Assembly (NCBI GenBank): GCA_963699545.1
Contig: CAVOUE010000006.1
Coordinates: 192,001 to 256,000, forward strand
Source of the DNA: Nitrospirota bacterium
GTDB taxonomy: Bacteria; Nitrospirota; Thermodesulfovibrionia; Thermodesulfovibrionales; UBA9159
Direction of reading: 5' to 3'
DNA: 64,000 nucleotides
Shown here: positions 44,951 through 57,116 of the stretch, one piece after another
Numbering within the stretch: position 1 is the first letter of the stretch
Layout: every line of letters starts with the position of its first letter
Notes under the pieces: model-generated
What the model saw: the letters and a program-made list of their open reading frames with translations, nothing else
What the model was told of the DNA's origin: nothing
The model's database searches: none
Program-made: the position numbers and the translations under genes

Positions 44951-45367
44951 GTGAAGACCTTCGAGGTGATCGACATCTCAGGAGACGCCGGCATAAGGGC
45001 ATATGGAGGGACACTCCAGGACCTCTTCGTCAATGCCGCCATGGGGATGTACAGCCTCATCACCGACCCTTCAGCCATCAGGGAAGAAAGGCATATGGCG
45101 CTGGATATCGAGAGCCACTCCCTTGAGGGACTCCTCGTGTCGTGGCTCAACGAGCTGATATTCCATTTCGATACCTATGGATTTTTAGGGAAGACCATAC
45201 GCATAGCAACCCTCCGTAACAATACGATCTCTGCCCGCGTGTCGGGAGAAGAGTTCGACCCGGGAAGGCACGAGAGAAGGTTGCTCGTCAAGGCGGCGAC
45301 CTATCATCAGCTCAGCATAGAGAAAAAAGAAGGACAATGGGTGGCGGATATTATCTTCGATATTTAA
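44951..45367 (+). CDS. archease
   Basis: DISGDAGIRAYG, LLVSWLNEL, VKAATYH, C-terminal FDI. Confidence 0.92.
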   Translation: MKTFEVIDISGDAGIRAYGGTLQDLFVNAAMGMYSLITDPSAIREERHMALDIESHSLEGLLVSWLNELIFHFDTYGFLGKTIRIATLRNNTISARVSGEEFDPGRHERRLLVKAATYHQLSIEKKEGQWVADIIFDI

Positions 45368-45409
45368 GTTGACACTCTTTGTGGCCTTGCCGCAGGGTTA
45401 CCCTATTGG

Positions 45410-45473
45410 GTCATTCCCGCAAAAGCGGGAATCCAGAAAAAGGCACTGGATTCCGGGTCAAGCCCGGAATGAC
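45410..45473. repeat. GTCATTCC palindromic doublet (REP/MITE-like)
   Basis: GTCATTCCCGCAAAAGCGGGAATCCAG-aaaaaggca-CTGGATTCCGGGTCAAGCCCGGAATGAC. Confidence 0.9.
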
Positions 45474-45537
45474 AAATAATAGATTTGGATACGCTGCGGT
45501 CTTGCCGCAGGGTATTTCATAGGAAGGAGGTGGTCTG

Positions 45538-46982
45538 ATGGGCACTGAGAAGCTCAGGAGAATCGACAGCACAAAGATAGAGATCCCCGCTGATTACAAG
45601 CCCGGCATGCGGGTGAAAGGAGTCATCTACGTCGATGATGTCCTCGAAAAAAAACTTGAGAGCTCGTGCATCGAGCAGGTAGCGAATGTCGCGACACTTC
45701 CCGGCATTGTGAAGGCATCCATGGCAATGCCCGACATCCACACCGGATACGGTTTCTCCATTGGGGGCGTTGCTGCCTTTGACCTGGAGGAGGGGATAAT
45801 CTCCCCCGGAGGTGTGGGTTACGACATAAACTGAGGGGTCCGCCTCCTCAGGAGCAACCTCAAAAGAGAAGAGGTGGCTCCGGGGATGAAGGGCCTCGTG
45901 GGGGTCCTGTACAATGAAATACCCTCCGGTGTGGGGTCAAAGGGGAATATCCGCCTCAGCGCGGAGGAAGAAAGGAGGCTCCTTCTTAAAGGCGCACGGT
46001 GGGCCGTGGAGAACGGCTACGGAGACGCCCTGGACCTCCAGAATACGGAGTCAGGCGGCTGCATAGAGGGCGCCGACCCTGACCTCATAAGCCGGAAGGC
46101 TTACGAAAGAGGACGGGCGCAGCAGGGGACCCTCGGATCAGGCAACCATTTCCTCGAAGTCCAGTATGTGGATGAGATCTACGACGGGAAGGCTGCCGAT
46201 GCCCTGGGCATCTTCATGGATCAGGTGACGGTCATGATACATACGGGGTCCCGTGGGTTCGGACATCAGGTCTGCACGGATTTTATCGAGGTGATGGAAA
46301 GGGCAGCGGCCAAATACCGCATCGAACTGCCTGATAAGGAACTTGCGTGTGCACCCTTCGAAAGTCCGGAGGCAAAGGACTACCTTGCGGCAATGAGGGC
46401 GGCAGCCAATTACGCATGGGCTAACAGGCAGTGCATCACGCACTGGGCCCGGGAAACATTCCTTAAGTTCTTATCCACGACACCCCGGGAGCTTGGGATG
46501 AGCCTCATTTACGATGTGGCGCACAACATCGCTAAGGTCGAAGAACACGTGATGAACGGAAGAACGAGAAAACTGATCGTGCACAGGAAGGGCGCCACAC
46601 GGGCCTTTCCCCCGGGCATCCCGAACTGCCGGAAGCCTACAGGAACACAGGACAGCCAGTGCTGATACCGGGAGATATGGGCAGGGCATCCTTTGTCCTC
46701 GTCGGGACGGAAAAGGCTATGCAGGAGACCTTCGGCTCAACATGCCACGGCGCCGGTAGGGTGATGTCCAGGCACCAGGCCATACGCCAGGCAAAAGGCA
46801 GGGCCATATGGCGTGAGCTCGAGGACAGGGGCATATTCGTTCAATCAGCGGGCAGGGAGACCCTGGCGGAGGAGATGTCCGAGGCATATAAGGACATATC
46901 CAATGTGGTGGACGTTGTTCACAATGCAGGGATATCGAAAAAAGTGGCGCGGCTGAGACCGATGGGGGTCATAAAAGGATAG
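45538..46982 (+). CDS. rtcB: RtcB RNA ligase (archaeal type); in-frame TGA at the catalytic Cys; frameshift near 46617
   Basis: [62 protein letters not shown]. Confidence 0.93.
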
Positions 46983-47013
46983 CGGACGACAGGGTGCGAA
47001 AAAGATCTGGCAG

Positions 47014-47914
47014 CTACTGCTGGAAGCCGATGGTCACTTCGTAACTATAAAGAACCTCTCCGCCCTGGCCGTCACTGAGCTGGACGCTGACAGGATGCCT
47101 GCCCGCATCCTTCTCCGCGACACGCCACGTTATCAAGCCGGTGGATTCTTCTATTGTCAGCCCGGCAGGGGCTTTCCTGAGCTTGAAGGTGACGGGGTCG
47201 CCGTCAGGGTCAGAGGCCTTGACCCTGAAAGAATACACGTTATTCTCAAACCTCTCATCGCCTCCCAGAGGCTTTGGCGCAGCGTTATAGATCTGAGTGT
47301 TTATCGTGATGGCCTGGCCGTCCGCTTCCCCGTCAAAAGGAGTGATCCTGACGGCTATCCTGTCACCCCGTTTAAAGGGTCCCTCAAGGCTGTTGTCTGT
47401 CCCTGAAGCATCTCCGTTCCTGAACCACTCATACTTGAAGGTCACCGTGTCCCCGTCCCTGTCGTCCCCTGCAAGATCCACGCGGAGATTATCAATTGCC
47501 CTGGGGAACCTCGGGATGATTTCGGCCCTTGCAACGGTGGGAAGAGCGTTCTTAACGACAACCTTGCCGGATTCGACCGCTTTTCCGTTCAGCGTTGCCT
47601 TCGCCTGGACAACATCCCCTTTCCTGAGCTCCTGCGAACTGAACTGGCTGCCCACCGCGCTGACAACGGGCCTGCCGTTCACAAACCACTGGATGCCGGA
47701 AACCTTGCCTGCGGGCGGTATTGAAAATATGCTCTCCCTTGTGGCATCGGCCGGAACGATCTGCAATGGCTGAAGCTGAGAAGCCACAGGAAGCGCAGAT
47801 CCCGTCCCCTGCGGCTTCTCGGATGAACACCCTCCGGACACGATGAACAGGCACGACAGAACGAGAACTGAACAAGCAGCACGTTCTTCCCGCCCTGTCT
47901 GCCAAGGCCGTCAT
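47014..47914 (-). CDS. Ig-like (He_PIG/cadherin) domain lipoprotein, pilus-associated (frameshift near 47865)
   Basis: SGGC lipobox, ASDPDGDPVTF, GLTIEESTGLITW. Confidence 0.7.
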
Positions 47915-47915
47915 C

Positions 47916-50900
47916 TTATGGCTGATCGCCGCCAAGCCCTTTTGTCTTCCAGCCCGTATACCCGGACCTCGGGGCTTTGGCGGACATCTCCTGGATCGGC
48001 TGGATGTTCCCCGTGGAGCTCTGCACAAACCCCTTCAGTTTTCCTTCCTTTGTGACCGCAAGACCGATAGACGCGGGCAAGCCCTTTCCGAGCATCGCGG
48101 TACGTGATACCGAATGGGTCGCCTTCTGCGCCTGGGTCTGCCCCGCATAAATATCCCCCTCCTTCTTGAAGATAAACTGGGAAGATGGGGTCGAGACAGC
48201 GCTGCCGGTGGTATACCAGAGGGCATACAGGTTGCTTGATCCCTCCATGGTACAGATATCCGTCCCCGGAATGTACGAAACGAACATCACAAGTCCGCCG
48301 AGGATGGACGGTTTTGTTGTGATCCTTTCCCCCGCATGAACGAGGGTGTTACCCAGAAAGTCAACAAGTTCCAATCCCATGGTACCAAAATATATGGCCC
48401 ACCCGTCGGCAGCTCCCACAGCGGCTCTGAGCGTATCGAAACCCACCCCGCCGGGACACGTGGCGCCGCCGCCGACGCATATCCTCATGTTGGACACACT
48501 CAAAAGATTGCTATACGTTTTAGGGCACCCCGCTGCAAGTCCATTCCAGCAACCGTCTGTTCTCCCGAACGCCATAGAAAGCCCCTGTATCAGTAGTGTT
48601 CCTGTCGTTCACCCCGATATACTGGCCTGTTCCGAAGAACAACCAGAGTTTACCATCGCTATCCATGGAAGCAGAGGGAGCAGCAGTGAACTTTCTGCTC
48701 AGGTCATTGGCATTGGTCACGTTGTAGAGCGCAGAGAGGGTCCATGTACCCGGTCCGGGAAAATACCGCCCGTTACGTTCGCCATAGTGTTCAATCTCCA
48801 CATCGCGGCATTCTTGGTGCTTCCCTGTGTCCAGCTTTCCCCGATATATGCCACATCAACGGTGAAATCCGTGTTCACGTCCACCGTTATGGGGTTCGCC
48901 ATAAAAGAGCTGCCGTTACCAGTCGGTTTCTTCCAGTAGTTGTTGTCCACCAGCCATGTACTTATCACGCCGTTGTCAGCAGCGGGGGTGGAGAGCTTTG
49001 TAACAAACACGTTTGCGTCCTGGAAGCCTGTCAAATTGGAGAGTCTGTCAAAATCCGTTGGTCCGGAGCCGAATATCGCATACCAGTCATTCCCCACCCT
49101 GCCCACAGCAGGATATGACATGGTCGAGCCCGAGATTAAGGACGCCCGTGTCCGTGGTGTCGAAGGTCCAGAGAAGTCTCGGCGGTTGCTCCGGGTCGGT
49201 GATGTCCAGGGCAAAGTAGGTCGAGCGCAGATGCTCTGTGCCGCCGCTGGCGGACTCAATGGGTATGGCCTTTGCTCCCGGCCTCCCTCCGTAACGCATC
49301 CCGCCGATGAGGATGGTCCCCCAGCAGACGGTGTCACCCGCCTTTCCCACATGCGTTGCGTCGCACGTGAAGATCTTGACGTCAGTGACCTTCGGCTTCA
49401 GATCGACATAGTAGACGTGGGTATAGTTCGGGTCGGTAAGCCACTTGAGATGCGGCAACGCCTCCCTCGGAATAAAGCTCCAGAGCTCATCACCCAGCTG
49501 CGGGCCTGAATCCGCATATGCCCCGCCCGAGAACGCGCGCCAGAACTTGTGGTCATTGATGCTGAAAAAGCCGCCATTGAAGGCATGGAGCATCCCGTCA
49601 TTGGCGCCGACATATACCACATGCCTCCTGTTGGTATACGTATGGAGGAAATTGAAATACGATGGGTCGCGATACAGCACGTCATAGTTTTCCGAGGGCC
49701 TCGTCACTGCCGTTGGCGTTGAGTAGACGATATCGCCCAGTTTCCAGGTAGAGCCGTCGATCTCCCTTGTCCTGTAGCCCGCAATAATCTGTCCCCTCGT
49801 GAAATTGATGATGTTCGCAGCCTGCGTATCGTCGGTCGCCCTCAGAAACCGTCTCAATGCGGTCTTGCTCGTGTCGGTAAAGTTCAGCAGGGTCTTGCCG
49901 TCTGTGGTCGTATAGATCTTCCGTCCGCTGCTGCTGTTGCCCGGATAGGCAGCATCAGCAAAAGGAGTGATCCGCAGCTGACTCCCCCCGTTCCAGATAG
50001 AATGGACCGACTCTATCGGAAGAGTGTCAATATAGACAAAATCAGTCCTAATCCCCTTGCACTGGGTGTCATCGAACCGGTCCACCTTCGTGCCGTCGGC
50101 AGTGGTGTATTTGGTCTGAACAACATAATCATGAGGGTCACTGCCGCATGTGGCGGGGTCGGTCCCGGTCAATGTCTTGTCCCCGTTGGTATCCTCACGG
50201 AGATTCCCATAGGGGTCGAGGAAGAGGGAATGGATGTAGCCGAGCCAGAAACGGTCAATACCCGCGGTATTGTCCCTCTGCTTGGGATAGAAATATGCCT
50301 GATAGAGGGCTCCCTCGCCCTCGCCCGTGGTGGCAAGAACCGATGCCGATGTTCCTGAGGACGCCCTTTCGAGGATGTCGGCAAAGGCCCGTTCGAGCTG
50401 GCTTTCGACCTCGTTCGGGTTTGAGGCATAGAAGTAGGTGTTCGGCAGGCCCCGTATGGGGTCCTTCCATTCATCATCGAGGTCCGGGACAGGGGGGACG
50501 CCGCCGGTCTTGTCCGTGAAACCTCCGTACTTGGCGGCGTAATAAAGCGGGTTCTGGAGGAAGCCGGCATTGGAGCCTGTTGCCGTAAAGCTCCTTACGA
50601 TCGCGGAGTCCGACATCACCTGAGCTGAAGCAGCGGGACAGGTGTCACCCGGAATGACCGCACTACAAATGGCATTGGCCGCTGCGGCTGTTACGCCTGC
50701 GCAGTTAACCCAGGTAGCAGCGTTACAGACCCTCACATTGGCATCTGCAACATTGTATCTGTACCTCTGGGTCGTATCGGTCCCCGTGCAGTTATTTGAG
50801 GCATCAAAAGAAGCATTGCAGTACCTGTCGCAGTCGGTCTGGCCTGCATTGCCTCCGCATCCCAGCTCGAGGTATTCTCCCGGATGATCCACTCCGTTGA

Positions 50901-53103
50901 TAATATATCCTGCCACGTCCGAGTGTCCGGCATTCGCAGTAACACCGACCGTCTTGACCGTTATTGTGCCCCCCGCATCGGTCTTCACATAGATCCTGTA
51001 CTTAATATCCAGGTCATAGTCAAAGCCCGCGGCTGAGTCGTCGTACATTATCTCATAGGCGTACTGGTACCCGTTCGTGGTCGTCTCCGTGACGCATGCG
51101 GCGTCGCACAGGGGGGACACGGCAGCCCCCGGGGCCTTCAGGATACTGAAACCTGCAAGCTGCCCCCGGGAAAAGATGCCGTTGGCATCGGTCAGCGAAA
51201 GGTCCTTGAACGTGGGAGCCAGCTGCACCTTCATGTTGTTAACAGTGAATTCCAGCTGCGGGACAGTGGAAGGCATTGCCACAGCATAGGTGCTCACCTT
51301 CTTATAGTCCGTAACAGGATCACTGGAAGGGTTAGGAAAACCGGTGGTATGGGCCCAATGGGCAAGGCCACCCATATAGTATGACCCTTCCTTGGTCGGC
51401 TCATCAGGGCACAACCCCCTGATCGTCCTGAAATCAGGCGGAGAGCCCTTGGGGGTGCAGGCGCTGTCGGTTGTGGCGCCTATCTGCCCGATGAATGCGC
51501 CATTGGTGAGGGCGCCCAGGTTCTCGAGGGTGTTCATCTGTGAGTTCGCCACCAGCGTCTTGACACTGGGCACATCCCCGGCACTGCTTATGGTGCTGTA
51601 CCACTCAGACCCGAACAACTGGTCAGAATCATAGGACAGGGTCACATCCCCGAACATAAGCACAAAGGGTTTTGAACAGGAAGGCAGTGTCGGGCATGAT
51701 GCCGGACTCCCTCCCACGTACGGGTTGCACCACTGGCTCTCTCTTGTCAGGGAATTCAGGGGAGCGTCCGTCGGGTTGCTGTACTGTGTGGTAGGCGTCT
51801 TCTTCCCCATGAAATACCGCAGTGCCTCATAATACATCTCGCCCATGGGGTTCCCGAAATCAACGCAATTGCCTTGCGTGAACGATGCGGCAAGACCGCA
51901 GCCGTTCCCATAATTCTTGTTCGTGTAATCGTAGCCCGCTATCTCGAACAAGTCGATGTTCTTGATGATCTTTGAGACGCCTTTGATCTGGCCGTTGGTA
52001 TTGTCTATCTCTGTTGATGTGAGATCGCCCATGTTGGACCTGAGGACGCCGCCGCTCTTGTTCCCCTGGTACGTCCCTGTGATGAGACCGAAGTACATCT
52101 GGGTCGTATCGTCAGAGGTGTCATCAGTGCCCTTTCTGTCCACTCCGAACTTCTCCATCAGGCCTGAAGGTTTATAACTCGGTGTGGAAGCGCCCTGCAC
52201 GTATTTCAGGCAGTTCGACTCCAGACCTACGGTGGTATCGCAGACTTTCACGCTCACATCGTACGTAAGGTCCCATGTCGCGCTGTTATTTACAGCCTGG
52301 TCATAGAATTTGTTGCACTGTCCGACACCGCCCGCGTCCAGACTCGCCGCGTTGGGATGATAGCCTCCGCCGGGGTTTGACGCCGAAGATGGGCCATTCG
52401 CCTTATTACCCCATTCCACATACATCCTTCCCGCCGGCTGGTTGGCAGCCGTGTTCCTGTTGCAGATGGTTATGGCGGTGTTCGTTCCCAGGGTCAGCTG
52501 GGCAAGGTCATCTCCGGTATATACCTTTACCCATGCATGGGCGTCATCAGGGGTCTTTGACCTGCTGAGGACTGTGTTGCCTGAGGTGTCGGTCGTCCTC
52601 TTCCCGCCGTAGAGGACCTTCCGGATCACATCCATGCGCGACATCGTCGCCCAGTTCAGAAAGTTCCCGCTCCACTGACCGGAACAATAGTGATGGGCAG
52701 GTGCAGGAGCTTCCACCACATACCCGTTCACCAATGTTGCGCCCGTGACCAACCCCACCGGATTGAACCTGGTGCCATCCTGTGTGTAGCACTTGTTGGG
52801 ATCGAAATATCCTTCATACCTGATGGTATCTTTATAAGCAATATCAGGGATACCGTCCCCGTCCAGATCCACGACGTCGTTGAACGCCTTAAAGAACAGG
52901 TTGTGGTCCTTGGCCATGGTGAGCATGACCAGCGGAGGAGCGCCCTGGGTGATGAAGGGAGGATAGGCTGTGTAATCCCCCATGCTGGCGGCGGGGACAG
53001 CGGGGAACGCCGTGTGAGGGTCCATCGCAGCCGCCAGAAAGAGCGCAATAAACATTGCCCGCTTTGACATCGTGATCATCCTATTTCCTCCATACCGAAA
53101 CAT
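47916..53103 (-). CDS. pilY1: type IV pilus tip adhesin PilY1/PilC, copy 1 (frameshifts at 48.5-49.1 kb)
   Basis: Signal peptide, vWA-like N region, LGDIVYSTP, YVGANDGMLHAFN, ELWSFIP, YFALDIT beta-propeller motifs. Confidence 0.88.
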
Positions 53104-53122
53104 GGTTTTCCTCCCTTTTAAA

Positions 53123-53707
53123 TTAAAAGGCAACATATTTATAAACACCGCCGACCACGCTTTCCGAGCCGACATCGCTCCTGGCCATGGAATTGACCCT
53201 GAAGTATACGCAGATGCCGCCACCGCCGCCGCCGGAGCCGATGCCCTCATAGCCTGAGGCAAACTCGATGGCGGAACCCTCGCACGGTCCTCCTGACATG
53301 TAATCGACATCCACCCTCACCGTGGTGGTCCCGACCGTAAGAGTGAAATTCGGGTTAAGTATGCACGTATCCAGGGTGCTGAACGGCGTGCCGGTCCTCA
53401 GCTCCTGCTGGAAAGTGGCGAAGTCCGAGACGATGCCGGCGCAGACACTGCCGCTCGCGCAACTGCTGTGACCGGGAAAGGCAACGTAATTGATGACCGG
53501 CTGGGCTATCTCAAGCCCGCCCTCGGCCCATGAGAAATTGATCTCACGGAGCCTCTCATTGCCTGCCATCATCACCTCAGTGGTGGACGTGGAAAGCGCA
53601 AGCACGCCCAATACCGTGACCACGAGAAGGCCGAGAAGGGCTACGACAAGGACAAAACCCTCTTCATGTTTTGCCGCAGGTCCCGGGTCCAAAAAAACAT
53701 TCCTCAT
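53123..53707 (-). CDS. pilX: PilX-like minor pilin
   Basis: EEGFVLVVALL class III signal lacking E5; AEGG. Confidence 0.8.
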   Translation of the reverse strand: MRNVFLDPGPAAKHEEGFVLVVALLGLLVVTVLGVLALSTSTTEVMMAGNERLREINFSWAEGGLEIAQPVINYVAFPGHSSCASGSVCAGIVSDFATFQQELRTGTPFSTLDTCILNPNFTLTVGTTTVRVDVDYMSGGPCEGSAIEFASGYEGIGSGGGGGGICVYFRVNSMARSDVGSESVVGGVYKYVAF

Positions 53708-54783
53708 GAGGGATTCCTCAGGTCAATCTCCATCTGCCACCATCTCCGTCTGAAGTTGTCGTTGGTGGCCGGATGGTTGTTGTTGTTTTCGATGAGAGCG
53801 GGCGGATTTTGCCGGAGGGCCGCTGCCTGTAGACTCAGGTCGGGCCTTCCTGACCTAACCAGAAGGTTCAACCGTATCTTGAGCACTTTATCAAGGGAAA
53901 CATTGAGGACGCCGTTATTCGGCGGACTGTACCTGAAATCATCCACGACCCCGTCGTTATTGGTATCGACGCCATAGGCCACCTGAAAATCTTCGACATA
54001 CTGGGTGAGGACCTCCACATCAGGGGTTCCGCCGCCACCTATGGGCCGTCGTCTCACCCGCTGCAAAACCCGGCACCCGCAGGTCGCATCATTCACTACC
54101 TCAAAGGTTTGATTCTCCACAAGATAGACAGGCACTCCCTCCCCGTCGTCGCACGCCCCGTTGCCGTTCAGGTCCGAATATTTCGGAAAGGACTTCCCTA
54201 TCCCGCTCTGGAGAGTGATATTAAAGGCGCCCCCTCCGCCGGCGGTAACCACGCCAAAGGCGTACCCTGCAAAGTTGACATATTTCTTGTCTCCGTTATT
54301 CAAATCGATGGTCGTCACGTTGGGCAGCGGCACGAGCCTGAGCGACTTGTCGTCCGGTCCGATGGCGCCTCCGCCGACCTTCTCGCAGAGGGTGCCGACC
54401 TTTGTGAAACCTCCCACGATGGTAAGGGTATCCGGGGCGGTTGCAGAATCGGTTACGGTAAGGACGTTCGTATACCCGTTGACCCCCCCGACGTCGCTGA
54501 GCTTTTCCCTGGACGGCAGGCCGAATCCCATCTCCCTGATCCCGTTGGCAACTATCTCAAGGGCGATCCTCGAGGATGAGTTCATTTCCGCCACCTGGTC
54601 CTGGGCTGAGAAGGAGCGTTCCTGAGCGCTGTAGACGGCGTATATCGCGCCGATAAGGATCATGCCTATGACCACCACGATCAGGAGTTCAATAAGCGTG
54701 AACCCGCCTTCAGCCTTTAGGGGACACCTTCTTCCCCGGGCCAGTCTTCCTCCGGTTGCCATATCCTCAACAGCCCTCTTCAT
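53704..54783 (-). CDS. pilW: PilW-like minor pilin
   Basis: GFTLIELLI, VEDFQVAYGVD, LRN C-terminus. Confidence 0.82.
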   Translation of the reverse strand: MKRAVEDMATGGRLARGRRCPLKAEGGFTLIELLIVVVIGMILIGAIYAVYSAQERSFSAQDQVAEMNSSSRIALEIVANGIREMGFGLPSREKLSDVGGVNGYTNVLTVTDSATAPDTLTIVGGFTKVGTLCEKVGGGAIGPDDKSLRLVPLPNVTTIDLNNGDKKYVNFAGYAFGVVTAGGGGAFNITLQSGIGKSFPKYSDLNGNGACDDGEGVPVYLVENQTFEVVNDATCGCRVLQRVRRRPIGGGGTPDVEVLTQYVEDFQVAYGVDTNNDGVVDDFRYSPPNNGVLNVSLDKVLKIRLNLLVRSGRPDLSLQAAALRQNPPALIENNNNHPATNDNFRRRWWQMEIDLRNPS

Positions 54784-54814
54784 AATAGTACCTTTTACCC
54801 TGCCCTGTTCTTCC

Positions 54815-55420
54815 CTACCAGATCAGGCTGGTATCCCACTTTTCCCCGAACAGGGTTACCGAGTGGTTACCGCCATTCCTGTCGATCCAGCACGTTCTGA
54901 CCGCAACCGCCCTCATACCGTCATTTTGAAGAGCATCGGCAGGAAGACAATTGGCCGCGGGCTGCGGATTACAGACGGGAATGGTAGGGTTCGGGTCATT
55001 CACCACGGCACGCCTGCATCTGTCCACGACCCACCATACTCGTGTAAAGTCGACTCCTCCGGTCCGTGCGATATTTGTCTTGTCCGGCTTCGCAAGGGAG
55101 AGAGAACCGGGAGGAGCAGAAGTATCATCAATATCAGCTGCCGTTGGGTGATCATTCCCTGGGGAAACAATTATCTGCAAGGCGGTCCCATCAGCCTGCC
55201 TAACCGGCGTAGCCCTGATGATCTCAAGGACCTCCTGGCATAACGTCGTTGCCGTCTGCATCTCTTTCCCGAAGGCGTTTCCGGTGATGGCGGCATACTG
55301 CATCATCGCAACGCCGAGAAGTCCAAAGGCAAGCACAAGGGCCGCCACGAGGACCTCCACCAGGGTCACCCCCTTTTCGTTTGAAACAACAGAATAACGA
55401 TGTCTCGCAGCTCTTCTCAC
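54815..55420 (-). CDS. pilV: PilV-like minor pilin
   Basis: GVTLVEVLVA..VLAFGLLGVAMMQ. Confidence 0.8.
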   Translation of the reverse strand: MRRAARHRYSVVSNEKGVTLVEVLVAALVLAFGLLGVAMMQYAAITGNAFGKEMQTATTLCQEVLEIIRATPVRQADGTALQIIVSPGNDHPTAADIDDTSAPPGSLSLAKPDKTNIARTGGVDFTRVWWVVDRCRRAVVNDPNPTIPVCNPQPAANCLPADALQNDGMRAVAVRTCWIDRNGGNHSVTLFGEKWDTSLIW

Positions 55421-56142
55421 CTCAGCTCCGACCAGCCTGTTTCAGCCGTGTGATCAGCGTCCCCGCGCCATTTCCAGACGGTCATGGCGCCGGTAGCGCT
55501 CCTGATGGCCACCGCGTAGCTGTATCCCCTTCCCGTGTGCTGAAAGTAGACGGATCCGGTGGTCTGGAAACTCCCGTCAGTATTGAGCTGAGCCCACGTC
55601 GTGGCCCCTACTCCCTGGGTTGTGAGATTTATCCCGGTGGGAGGGATCAGTTCGGCCACGCCACCAGGACCAATGGGAGGACCATTCGGAGGGGTTATTC
55701 CTGATCCATACCCGATGATCACGTTCGGTCCGTAATTGTCAAAATCAATTCTCCTTACGCACTCGGGGATACCATCCACAAGGACATCACCATCGGGCAA
55801 CCTGTCGGGAGGGACGGTGGTATCCTTGCAGATGCCGAAGGTATCCTGATTCAACGTGAGCAGGTTATTGTTCGAGTCCCCGTCAAACCCCATCAGGTAC
55901 CTTCTGTTCACCTTGGTAGTACGGTCAATGACCACAAGATACGGCCTGTTCTCCTTTACGGCCATCGCTCTTGCCACCCTTAGGTTCTGAACAAAATCCG
56001 TTGCAGCAGACCTCCCCTGATAGTTTGCATTGAACCGGTTTATCTCCGGTAAGCCGAGAAGCGCAATGATCAGAACAATAACCGCGACTAAAGCGAGCTC
56101 GACGAGGGTAAAACCCCTCCTGTTCGAAAGTGCACTCCACAC
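55417..56142 (-). CDS. FimT/FimU-like minor pilin
   Basis: GFTLVELAL, NLRVARAMAVK. Confidence 0.8.
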   Translation of the reverse strand: MWSALSNRRGFTLVELALVAVIVLIIALLGLPEINRFNANYQGRSAATDFVQNLRVARAMAVKENRPYLVVIDRTTKVNRRYLMGFDGDSNNNLLTLNQDTFGICKDTTVPPDRLPDGDVLVDGIPECVRRIDFDNYGPNVIIGYGSGITPPNGPPIGPGGVAELIPPTGINLTTQGVGATTWAQLNTDGSFQTTGSVYFQHTGRGYSYAVAIRSATGAMTVWKWRGDADHTAETGWSELR

Positions 56143-56155
56143 GCCATATCAGTAA

Positions 56156-56170
56156 GCATGTACCGTGCCA
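56156..56170 (-). promoter_or_regulatory. sigma54 -24/-12 promoter of pilin operon 1
   Basis: TGGCACGGTACATGC (GG-N10-GC). Confidence 0.75.
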
Positions 56171-56388
56171 GTTTCTAACTTTCGAATAAATAAAGATATC
56201 GAAAACTTGGAGGGGTCAGTTTAGGTAACAGGACTCATAAGATAGGAAGAAGATTACTCAGAAATGGGCGCAAAAGTCCTGATCGAGAGACCTGCCGTTC
56301 GCCCCTCCCGTTATTGCGCACTTGCTTCGGGATCCGGAATGTTTGGGTCCTGCTCCCCAGTTCTCACGGAAATAACAGATTATTTCCC

Positions 56389-57111
56389 TTAACGCGTCAT
56401 CACCCAGTTATCGGCATTGTCACCCCATGTGCACAAGCTGAAAAGCCCTGCCCGGTTTGCGCTGACGGCATAGGAATGGTTGTTGTCCGTGAGATACACT
56501 GCGCCGTTGCGGCCCTCGACAAAGCCCTTTCCATCGAACCTGATGCAGGGGTTGCCGTTGCAGGGAGGGTTTGCTTCGGTCTGGAACGTGACAGGACTTC
56601 CCGGCACCGGACCTGAATTGCCGCACGCGCTCCTTGTCACATCGCTGGGAATGCGGAAATACACACCGCTTTCAAGCCTCCCTGTCCTTACAGGCCCGTC
56701 ATTTGCCGGATCTCCGAGCTTGGCGGGATCGAGGCCGGGACTGAACTCCCCTGCTTCTCTCGCATTGTTGCCGTTGAAATCCTCCCACCTCCAGATGCTG
56801 TAGGAATCATCTGCTGTGTCAAAAACAACAAAGGCTTTCCTCGTCCTGAAAGCGCCTCCCCCGGGATTGGCGTCCCCCTGCCTCACCGCTTCGTTCTGCG
56901 CAAACCTGATATCCTCAGCAAGGTTCTGGGCAGAGGTCTTCAGCCTCGGTGAAAACGCCTCGATCAGGAAAGGAACCGCAAGGACGACCAGGGTCGCACC
57001 CACGGCCATTACCACGAGTAATTCGATAAGGGTGAATCCGCCTCGGGCTACCGCATTCTTCTGACACTCATATGGACACATAGCCCGTTTTAATCTTGAG
57101 ATTACGGCCAT
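56389..57111 (-). CDS. FimT/FimU-like minor pilin (operon 2)
   Basis: GFTLIELLVV, DIRFAQNEAVR. Confidence 0.8.
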   Translation of the reverse strand: MAVISRLKRAMCPYECQKNAVARGGFTLIELLVVMAVGATLVVLAVPFLIEAFSPRLKTSAQNLAEDIRFAQNEAVRQGDANPGGGAFRTRKAFVVFDTADDSYSIWRWEDFNGNNAREAGEFSPGLDPAKLGDPANDGPVRTGRLESGVYFRIPSDVTRSACGNSGPVPGSPVTFQTEANPPCNGNPCIRFDGKGFVEGRNGAVYLTDNNHSYAVSANRAGLFSLCTWGDNADNWVMTR

Positions 57112-57116
57112 TTCTC

